A model generated the notes under the pieces. The model saw only the letters and a program-made list of their open reading frames with translations. It did not search any database and was not told where the DNA came from. A stretch of 48,580 nt of DNA, counting the filler, from Catajapyx aquilonaris (lineage: Eukaryota): the NCBI GenBank assembly GCA_000934665.2. It is 2 parts of 2 records of this genome, joined end to end, with 100 filler letters (N's around TTAATTAATTAA, not from the genome) between each part and the next. Parts side by side here need not be neighbours in the genome. Positions count along the whole stretch, not along the records: positions 24,337 to 48,580 come from JYFJ02005544.1; 1 more part is not named here. One strand, written 5' to 3'. Shown here in pieces: positions 26,384 through 37,000 of this stretch (its first letter is position 1; the number at the start of each line of letters is the position of its first letter). The position numbers and the translations under genes are program-made.

Positions 26384-26737
26384 TATTTTTGACATTTAAA
26401 AGTAACTGTCTAGAGCAACATCATAAGCAGCTTAGTGTGAAACAATCACAATTAAAACTCCTGTATGTACCCATTAATCAAGGATAGAACAATAATGTAG
26501 TGGTTCAAGCAATACCACACCTAGGGCCGTATTAGCCATAGGCCACCCTAGGCAGACCCTAGGACACAGAAGCATAATTTTGAGGGGTGGCAATTCAAAG
26601 TTTTTGCACCCTTTTCCCTTCCCCTGTCCTGCTCCTCAGACTTTTGCCCCCTTATGCCAGTCATTCAAGTTAACACACAACCTTAATGTTTGCAAGAAAG
26701 TGTTCCCATGTAGGGGTTTTTTCAGACTTTTAATTAA

Positions 26738-27581
26738 GAGGGCACTAGAGTAATCGACCTTCAAAAGTTCGATTTTTTTTTTTTTTTTTTTAAATTTGAA
26801 AATAAATCAAGCGTCTTTTCCTGCGTCGAACGCAGCAAACCGCGTCCGGAAATTCAAAAAATTGCCGTGTCGGGAGCGGACGCCTGGCAACGACCTTCTG
26901 TTCCCCCTCCTCTCCCCACTTACCCGCTGGCATGAGCACCATCAGGTGCTGCTCCCGCGCGGACGTGGAGGCACTACGCCGGTCCTGCTGGCAACAGGGC
27001 GTCTGTGTCACACTAACGTATTTTTTAAATCGCATTATCGCTCTGTTGCGTTACCCTACTTTTAACTTTAAACGCGTTTTTCTCAGTTTACCGGATTTGG
27101 ACACTGTTGACATCGCCCAGGCCACAAAAATTTAGCTACGGACTCCCCACTTCACCATATTTATCCTCAAACATGGTGCTATCATTCAGCCCAAAAGAAT
27201 TAGCCTGCTCGAACTACTTCTATTTTTTCTTTAATTAAATGTTTTCTCAAAACTGCTTAATTTGGCAGTTATCGCCAAAAAAAATACTAAAACTATTTCA
27301 AAAATGATAATTCTGGGTCAAACGAAAACTACATGCTCAAGGAAGCCTGAGGTCAAATCTGACGGTTGTAGGTTGACCCCAGCGCCCTAAATCGTGCCCA
27401 CAGTGGCGTGAAGTCACGCGGCCCTGGAGGCCCTTCGACACACGAACGTGATTCGATTATAGGCGCTAATAGGTCTTTGACTTATGCACATTCATGAAAA
27501 TGAAGTCCCAACTTCTTGTCTCGAATGGTTTTTTTTTTGGCAATTTTTTACAAAACCCTTGATTTTGACTGTAGTGCCCCC
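26738..27581. mobile_element. TTAA-flanked non-autonomous DNA transposon (Kolobok-like)
   Basis: TTAA|gagggcactagagt ... actgtagtgccccc|TTAA. Confidence 0.65.
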
Positions 27582-27761
27582 TTAAGCCACTCATTCTTGC
27601 ACAGCATTTTTTCAGTTATCAGCAGTTGCTCAGAAGTCATTGTAACTCAAGTAACCAGACAGTTGAAAAGAACCATTGCAATAAGAAGAACTTTTTGGTA
27701 GAAGTAAAAATAGCGATGCCAGCACCATGTAAAATACAAATCAATGTTATACATAACTTAC

Positions 27762-29216
27762 GCCTCCATTTGCTCCAAAACATCCTCAGTAAGAGGATTA
27801 GCATAACGAAACCCAACATAATGTCGATGGGGTGCAGTTTCAGGAGACAATTTATCCAATTCCTTGCAAAGTAACTCGCCCTGAAACCCAACAATTAGAA
27901 CCACTTACTCATCTCTTGACTCACTGAATATACCTGTGTTTGAGTCCACTTGAGTATGGGTGATCCACCTCCTATTTGAGCATATTTTTCTTGGATTTTG
28001 GGTGCCCTCCGCTTGGCAATGTATGGCCCCAGTTGACTGAAATATAAAGTGTGTTATAATTAGTCATTAAAATGCTGTCATGTCCATTGCAGACCTTTGT
28101 GCTGGCAGTTGTATGATGTCACGGTCCAGAAACAGGCGTTGCAAGAAGTCCTGAACTTCATCCAATGAACTTGGCCCACCCATGTTCAGCATCAGTATAG
28201 CAGTTTTTGTCTTTTGTGCAGCAGCAGGTGAGGTACCAACTGCAGCATCAGATTTCAAAATGTGTGTTGCAGAATATGTCCGAAATGATTGTAGAGCTCG
28301 TGCCATTATGGACCTGTAACAGAGGGGTTAATGAAATTTGTGTAATGGCAGAAATAAAACTGAAATTGAGAAAATATACAAATATGTTGCCTACTACCAA
28401 AGATTAGATCTTCTCAATGTTCTGTGCTACTTGTTTAGTGTGATAGAATGTGGTGAATAACCACAATTTAGAAAGTGTCTGTTCGAGGTGCTAATCACAT
28501 CACAGTGACAGTACCTCATATGAACTAACAAGTGTTATTTATTGTGTTCTTTAGCTGCCTTCTAATTTGTACTAGCGAGTAACACTTAACATTTTGAACT
28601 GACCATAGATGTGAACATGGCATTCTGACAACTAATCAAATGTCTAACTGGGTCAGCAAGGCATTTCGGAAGGACTAGGGTTGATCGGGGCACGGAAGGC
28701 GGCAGGGTGAGTGGTGGCTGGGGGCAATGGCTGTGTCGCAATTTATTTTTTGGGTTTTTTTGATTTTTTGCGAGGAGAAGGGGTATGCCGTACCAATCTA
28801 ACCTAACCTTCCTTCCTTGCGGATCCAGGCCCATCTTCAGTGGATACACGCCTATCCTTCAACCTGCGTGCCTTGCATTTGCGACACAGCCATTGCCCCA
28901 AGCCCCCAGCCACCACTCACCCTGCCGCCTTCCACGCCCCGATCAACCCAACTCTATCCGGCATAATAAGAACTGTTGCACAAGCTCACAGCATTAATGT
29001 GTAAGTGATTATGACGATCCGTACTTACGAACAGGCTCCCAAGGCTCTCCATAGGGATGATTTATAACTATTATGGCACTTTCAATCCCTTCTGCATACG
29101 TTGACTGACACCAAGTTCAACATAAACACTGTATAATTAATAAATAATTGGGAAACTACGTTCTTATGCGCATGTAAACAAACACACCTGATACAAGATA
29201 TTCGTTGGAGCAGCAT
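27762..29216 (-). CDS. FECH: Ferrochelatase, mitochondrial, 5' partial: first four coding exons
   Basis: Exons 29216-29188 ([10 protein letters not shown], presequence-like; least certain exon), 28313-28095, 28036-27934 and 27880-27762, with compatible phases. Motifs: [85 protein letters not shown]. The downstream exons (YPQYSCSTTGSS etc.) are not present before the gap at 24336. Confidence 0.93.
28677..28955. mobile_element. GC-rich foldback element in FECH intron 1
   Basis: gggttgatcggggc..ggaaggcggcagggtgagtggtggctgggggc..aatggctgtgtcgcaa is inverted at ~28879-28950. Confidence 0.7.
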
Positions 29217-29920
29217 CTTTACGCTCTATCTACACAGCATAACATATTATACGATCTGTTCCTCAGTGATCCGAGTTATGTACAAATCCTCCAATTTTTC
29301 AAGTCCCACATTTCTCACTAAAACTGACATTGATATGATTTCCCATTGTATAAATGTTTTTCGGTGTAAAGCCACATCCCACCCCCTCCCGATTGTCCAC
29401 CAAGCTAAATCAGGGTGTGAAAATGCTTGGAAAAAATAGGCATTGTCATATATTTTACATGGGATCCGAAGTAGTACAGCCATGGTGACAATGGCCACAC
29501 TTGACCTAATTCTGCATACACCTGCGTACATTTGCTTGCGTGTCTCCATGAACATTCACAACTGAGCTGGCAAAATACATTTACATGATCCCTGCGTACA
29601 CTCCCACTCAAACAGAATCCTGACTGACACCAAATCAGCGAAGGGGCCATTACCATAAAGACTATTGAACTAAGCATGCAGAACAAACCGCTTCGTGGCT
29701 GGATGAAACGAGAGTAATGACAAAATTCTCGCGATGCCGGTGGCCATGACACTTCTGCTAACTGTGAAGTTCAGTGTTGCCACGTGCCAGCAAATCGTGC
29801 CAGGAAATCAAGTTTGAGGAATCACGCCATCAAAGGACCAAATGACTTAATATTTCTCTCTGATAATACGATCAGATATTTATCAGCGTGTTATAAATTT
29901 AAATACTGAAAACTTGAGTG

Positions 29921-29997
29921 AGCGGGAGAACGCGCGGGAAAGTTTTGTCATACAGGTAGTAGGCGCACAGCCATAAGAAGAAGGCGGGAGTTTGAAT
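29921..29997. promoter_or_regulatory. Cluster of E2F-like sites with a CHR-like TTTGAA element
   Basis: GCGGGAG (29922), GCGCGGGAAA (29932-29941, reverse complement TTTCCCGCGC) and GGCGGGAGTTTGAA (29983-29996), in a CpG-containing stretch ~700 bp upstream of the FECH ATG. Confidence 0.4.
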
Positions 29998-31566
29998 CAG
30001 AGCAGGAGCAGGTGTTCATAAGCTCACTGTACTGTACAGAAATACTTGACACTTTCCGCCCTCAACTGTACAGCACGTGTACGTATAAACTTCAGCGGCA
30101 ATTGGCCACTTCGTAGTAGCCAGTTGCCAGCCAAGTTTATACGAATAGTAAGTGGCAAAGAGCATAATAACTATAGCTGTATATTCTATATTCTTAAGCT
30201 CTTTGGTAAGTGGTATTATTCTTCTCTTCTAGTTGGCTCATCTTATCATTATCAAATGTGTTGCCTTTCCAAGTTCAATAAACCACACTAAATGAAAATG
30301 AGCAGATTTTATCATATGTGAAACTATTTTTATTCATTTAAGGGGCGATAGCCCCTTAGTAAGACCGTAGCATAGATTTCAACAATGAATTTCTTCAACA
30401 TCTTCTTCTTCTTCTTGTTGTTACGCTTTTTTTATTCGCCCTAACTCAAGTTCTGCTGTAGGTAGAGCTTCCAGATTTTGAACACAGATGCCCACCGTCG
30501 TGAAATGCATTCCTACCATTTACACTTTTACTTAATTCCTCTTCAAAACGCCGCAAAAAAATTTAAACCCATCAAAAAATACGTCTCAATTTTTTTCCTC
30601 AATAACTATTCGGAATACGGTTTCATCGTCAAAGGGCCGAAGGTGCAGTGGGATGGTGCGGATCTATGTTCAAAATCTCACAGTTCCCACTGCTACAGGA
30701 TTGGAGCTGTGATTTTTTACCTCTTATTTTTTCTGTCATTAATTCATTTGTTCATGCGCCATCACCTAGAAACGTCAATACTTATTTACCACCTCGCCAT
30801 ATTGTTATTAGCCAAATGTTACCCTGCCGCTGGTGTGAACGCATTGCACTTATTACAGATTTGCAGTTGAATCCGGATAAAACAGCCTCGGCTATAACAT
30901 ACTTGGTTATAAAGGCTGTCCCGTCATGCTTCCATTAGGCACTGTGTATTTTCACTCCTGATATAACAGACGTTTAGAGTTAAAATCAGCATCGAAAAGG
31001 GGGTGCCGATTCTGCATGAATGTTTCATGGCAATAATTCGCACCAATCGCATAGAAATTCAAGGTGCTTAATATTGAAGTTCCTAATATTTCATAAAACG
31101 CTAATATGGAGTGGCTCATGGAAAATTAATGGGTGGAATTTTGGTCGTACTACTATTACTATTAACTATAGGCCTGTAGTTACTGCTAACATAGCAGTAC
31201 CATTGCACTACACTGGTACTGCTAAGTTAGAAGTAACTAGTAGTACGACAGAAATTCCACAAATTTGTTTTCAGAAAGGAGATTTCATGAGCAGTAAATT
31301 GGAAATTGCTTGAGTAAGACCTATGGTACAGCTTTAATCAATTGGTGAAGGTCTTATGTACGCCTGCCTTGTTTCAGTACTTTTATTCCGCCGCGGAGGT
31401 CTTACTTCTCTTTTTTTTACTGAAGGGAAAGTTTTTGATCTAATTGCAAGTTTATACACATTTTTATTTAAGGAATAAGTAAAACTTCTATAAGTCGAAC
31501 TTATTCCCTAAGTCGAAGTTCTCTACAAGTAGTACCTGATATATGATACAGTCTAGCACTACCCGG

Positions 31567-31628
<62 letters not shown>
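31567..31628. repeat. (ATT)n microsatellite
   Basis: Read directly from the sequence. Confidence 0.95.
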
Positions 31629-31920
31629 GTTACATAATATTTAAATGTGCCATAACTGACCATATCGTCTACTTTACTATAGGATCAAAATATCTCAATG
31701 AAGGAAAGTCTGCTAACGTTTTAAATAAGAAAATACAGCTACAAATTCCAATAATAAACCGCGGCGAGAGGTTCAACAGTGTTATTGTGCACAATTGCAG
31801 CTACAGGGATGCCTGCGTATTTCATGAGATTTTTCACTGAAATGTGAAAATAGCTCGCATGAATTCACTTTGGAATTTTTCTGTAATTCATTGCCCTAAA
31901 CGGGGTAGTGTGACAGTAAT

Positions 31921-32185
31921 GAAGACCTATAATAAAAAAGGTAGTAAGTGCCAAAAATGCGAAAATGGACATATGAAGTAAAAACAGTAGTAAATGTCAA
32001 GGGCAATTTTGTAAAATAGACATCAAGTGCCAGAAGCAACCGTAGTAGTTTTTCTTGCAGTCAATAGAATATTATTTCATACATATGTCACCTCCACGGT
32101 CACCTCATAGTGATGCCATGAGAAAAACATCATTTTCTGCATTCTCCCAAAATGGCACTTACTACCTTTTTTACTGTAGGTCTTC
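31921..32185. mobile_element. MITE with ~33-bp TIRs
   Basis: gaagacctataataaaaaaggtagtaagtgcca / tggcacttactaccttttttactgtaggtcttc. Confidence 0.75.
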
Positions 32186-33206
32186 AGTTATGTTCTTGCT
32201 CCCCATGGTTGTTGCCATGGTACTGTAATCAACAACTTTATAGCCATAAGAACTATTAGGTTACATTTTCCCAGCATGCCATAATTCTAGGGAACGGCCA
32301 TTTTCTCGCAAACAAGCAGCCAGAAAAATGTTTTATCTCGATTTTTGTGTTTTGGGAACTAATATGAATTAAACAAAAAAAGTTCAAAAATTCAACAAAA
32401 ACATTTCCAGGCATAAAACAAGTCCATAGCAGGACTAATCATATGAGTGGGGAATCCCCTGAGCAGTGCAACGCCATTGGATGGCTTAAAGCACGTACAG
32501 TACATTTTTATCATTTTGTAATACAGTAGTGAGGCATAATTGTTTGTCCAATTTAAATCACCTATATGTCCAGATATTTGTACTGTATTCGAACCAATCT
32601 TATCATCACAGTTGGACACCCTGATTAGAGGGAATGAGAAGCAGGAACGAACCAGAAATGTTGATGAGGAACAGTATTGTATCATGTGATACAGTACCAG
32701 TAGAGTTTTAAGTTTTACGATTTTCTTGCTTGGAGTGTAAAACTGATATGTATGCTGGTCACATAATGATACTAGTAACATATTTTGGATCATTTGATGA
32801 CTATTCCTGGTGAATCTATGGGGTAAGGATATTTTTCATGACAATTCTGCTTTACCTGACATATCCCTATAATAATTACCATGCCTAAACTTGCAACTGT
32901 ACGTAATTGTTATTTTAATTGTATTTCAATTTAATTGGAAGTTTTTTGTAGCATATATGGTGTCTTAAGACGGTTAGCACCCTGATAAAGTGAGAGGGCG
33001 TTTAGCAATGCCAGGCCGCTCTCTTTAAACTTCTATTAAATGTAGCACTTCATCAGACACAGGTGTCGATTCACTATAGAAATATTACCAGAATTACACT
33101 CTCAAAATATTTTACAATAATTTAAGAGAACTGGAATGTGTGAAAAAATTCAACTGACCCCCACTGTGAGCTAGTAATAACTATGAGTCTAAATTATGTA
33201 TCTGTA

Positions 33207-33560
33207 GGGGAGGCGGAGTGGTGCTGCGGTAACGTATGCGCTCACGGATGTTAAGGTCCCGGGTTCGATCCCAACCCGGGGACACCCCCTTCATCTCGTG
33301 CAGAGTTCATGAGTCGTCTCTGACTTCGTCTCGGGTGGAATTTCCTTAGACTAATCCACCTGGGGGAGCTCGCAAAACGACCACATTTCAGACAATGCAC
33401 TGCACTTGCACATCCCCGCCTCCTGTCATCCTGCCCGTGGGCCCGGGCGCTTCAATAATAGGATTCCCAAAAATGGTATCAATGTTAAATAAAGGTCTGG
33501 CTGAAAACCTCTAGGAGTACGCCTATCACCCAATTATAAAAAATAATAAAAAATAAATAA
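33207..33560 (+). mobile_element. tRNA-derived SINE, family A-related copy with a different 3' tail
   Basis: Head ggggaggcggagtggtgctgcggtaac...ggttcgatccc and body resemble family A. A-rich tail; atgtatctgt is duplicated on both flanks. Confidence 0.85.
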
Positions 33561-33595
33561 AATTATATATGTATCTGTTGATCATTAAAAATTAG

Positions 33596-33947
33596 TACAG
33601 TAGGGCCTATACATTGTTGTCACTCAGTAAGCATGCAGCTATGAACACCTGCATTTAAAATGACACTTAGCATCTTTCGTCTGTTTGATGCTCTCCCTGT
33701 CATTGTAAAAAAGGTCGTTTGAAACTGACAAAAGGTACTTTGGATCAGTTCAATATTTTTATTGGGGTGTACAGGTTGTGGCAATTTTAAAATCCCCTGA
33801 CCAGACATAAAGTTTTAAAAGAGACACTTTTTTGAATGGCTTAATCTCACATTATGTTGAGGCACTGTCAAAAATAAAATGAATACAAAAAACAAAAATT
33901 CCAAGCAACTTGAACTCTTTTCTTCTACGAAATGTAGATCCAAATGC
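33596..33947. repeat. Dispersed direct duplication, copy A (partner 47390-47744)
   Basis: ~350 bp of AT-rich sequence with high identity and no TIR, TSD or pol III boxes visible. Confidence 0.9.
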
Positions 33948-34040
33948 ACCAAACCCTTCCATGAGGCTTGTAGTTGTCACTGGTCCATTGAAAACGAAAT
34001 GGCTTAACATCTGCTATTGTGAAGAGTTGTTGTTTGGTAT

Positions 34041-37000
34041 TCATTTTTGCCAACCTGTGGAAAGCAAGAACAAAAATTACTTACTGAAACAAATGCATTA
34101 CTTCTACTGCACAGAACTAATAATGCTGTCATTAGCTTTTATTTGAAGCATCTACCATAAGTTCAACCAAGAAAATGAAAATGAGCCCAAGAAGATTATG
34201 TCTGTAATTTTCATATTGAGCTCTGTTGCACACGTAGACCTACTTAATATAGTTATGACAATTTAGGGCGACACGGTGGCCGGGTGGTTAGCGCCGCAGC
34301 CTTCCACCTCTAAGGTCCTGAGTTCGATTCCCGGGTCGGACAGAGGATACTTATGTGGATAGAGTTTCGATGGGTACTCTCCGTGTTCGCGTGGGTTGTC
34401 TCCCGTTTCCTCCCACTATCAAAATCCATCACAGCACAACGAATGATTAAAGACAGGTATTTAAAAGATGATCCCCTAAGAGGCCCAAGGAGGCCTATCA
34501 CGGGGTATCAATTTTTTAAAATTTTTAAAAATTAATTTTGACAATTTTGGTTCTACTCCATATTATACAGGGTGAAGACATTTGTCATGCGATTGCTTTG
34601 GGAAACTATAGAGGGGTCTAGGCGATCAGTTGAAGTGGTCGCATCATGGGTCTCTGCTGCATATAGTTACTGAGATAATTAGCATAAAATAAAAAGTATA
34701 ATATGCAGGATTATAAGTTTTGGATACTGCTTATGACACTTCCATAGCCTAGGCCATTCCCTGCTACACCTAATATTTATTTTATTTATTTATTTTGTTT
34801 ACTCCTTGATAGCCGTTCTACACCTAATAGGATCATAAATTAAAATTACACGATAACACCTTAAATTTAAATGAAACCGGTAAGGTCGCGTGGAGGGACA
34901 CATACCTGCCAGGATATTTTATACCTTGCATTTGAAGCACACTATCTCAGTAACTCTGCGGCGGAGACCCATGATGCGGGTCCTTAAACTGATCAATTAG
35001 AACCCCTCAATCATTTCCCAAAGCGATCGTATGACAAACAGTCTTCATCCCGTGTATGCATTGTATTTTTTGGGTACAGTACAACCTGTGCTTCATAACC
35101 TAGATCACGCAGACAAAATGTGTACCACCACAACTGCAAGGCCTGCATTAAGTCAAGACATATTCAGAACCTTCAATAGGTGGTTAATTTATTTATTACC
35201 ATATACAGTACCTTCCACAACACATGGTGTTATGTAACTTTTCCTTTTTCATTACACAACATGTAGAGTAAAAAATATAATAAAATAACACATGCAAGGA
35301 AAAAATACTGTGTATATTAATTGAAAAATATTATGGAAAAACCTGTTAATGTACAAATAATTTTAAAATGTATCTCAGTTGTTAATCATGATGCTTTAAC
35401 TCTGCCATATTGTAATATATGTGAAGAGATGCTTCAATATTGGTCTACAAGAAATCAATGATTGAGCTAGTCCTCCCTGTACAATCCACGGTGAAATGTT
35501 GTAGTTTACATGTATAATATCGTATGCTGCAGGCTCATCATGTTAACTCATATTGGCAGTAGGTACACTGCAAGAAACAGAGTTGTCAATAAGGCATGTA
35601 GGCTACTTGTATTATCTGCTGATGCAGTTGCCACTTATTTATGCCAAACAGCGTCATTTTGAGGATTTTTGGCAAATTGTATACGGTAATAAAACTCTTG
35701 TATTTTCACAAGTTTTAATTTAGTTCATATGTTGGTTAGCTTGTGTCTCTCTTCATCGCTGACTACCCCTCATAGGGAAATGTCGTGATGTTGATGATGA
35801 TGATGATGATGTATAATAAATTAGTCTCTAATTGGCAAAGTTGCATTTGCCTGATATTACTTTAATAGGAAAATTAAATATGTGTTATTATGATGCTAGC
35901 TCTACTAGGGTGTGTCGGGGCTGCCTAGGGAAGCAATTTGAGATAGGACACCCATATAGTTGGAAACCCATCCCAACGGCACCACAGGGCCTCCAAGGCC
36001 CGCATTGCACCCTGGAAGTCTGTTTCGAAGTTCCGAATTATAATAATATACACCCGGAATAGCAGCTGCCATATTGTATACCGTGATGCAATATAAAGGT
36101 ACCCACTCTTCCTGCCCCTTTCCATGGTGAGGAATCCCTGCCATATCATGCCAATAAATGTCATAGTGCCCTAACTTATATATGGTATATTTCTCCTCCT
36201 GGACCAGCGTCCACCAACAGTGATGCTAAAAATCGTCAAGCAGGGTAGGTTGTCGTGATTTTATTCAATTACAGTGCTGTGATGGATTCTTATTACGGGA
36301 GAAAACAAGTGAACCCCAAGAAACCTCATGAAAATCCCCATGGCTGACTTCACCATTGAACTTAGGACTATGTAGGTGGAAAACTGAGACACTGACAACT
36401 GACAACTAACACCACTATGCTGCTCCATAATGTAATATCATCACATGGAACAATTGCAAGCATCATGCCATGGTACGACATACCATATCTCCAGCAAAGA
36501 GGTGTCACCAGTAGGTCAATCTGGAGAGGCAGGGTTTCGAAACTGCCTGACATGCTCTTGCCAAACTACCAAAGGGGATAGGCCGAAGCATCATTATACC
36601 TTGATCACAAGCTGTATTTGCAGGTGGATTAAAGCTGTGGCCAAATCTGGTCTAGGAAGATAGTGCCTACACCCTAGTTCGCAACTTTGTCTTTGCAATC
36701 CAAGCATCATGTCCCAGTGTAACTACTAACCTGACACAAACTTCTTGTTGATCCTATGTTGTACCAGGCTGGCACTATGGCTTGACTGACCCGTGATAGC
36801 AGTTGATGCTGTTGAGGATGGGGTTGCACTTGACTTCGCAGGTTGAGGAATGATAGTGATCTCATCATTGATTTTAAGTGGTTTTAGCAGCGGTTGCGAT
36901 TGTGATAGCAGATGTTGTCTGGTTGGTGATGGGGAAATAGGCCTGGACTTCACATCTCCTCCTTCCACATCACCACTCTTTGCTACAACCCTATGAGTTG

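Noticed and set aside
32768..32825. ILVTYFGSFDDYSW peptide reminiscent of a PWWP domain
   Set aside because: Too short, flanked by stops, and no upstream PWWP motif is visible.
33207..33285. tRNA-like sequences with A/B boxes (also 13630-13702, 22320-22395, 24814-24890, 34265-34340, 10495-10567)
   Set aside because: These are SINE heads: they continue into repeated bodies with tails and usually TSDs, and show no clean cloverleaf.
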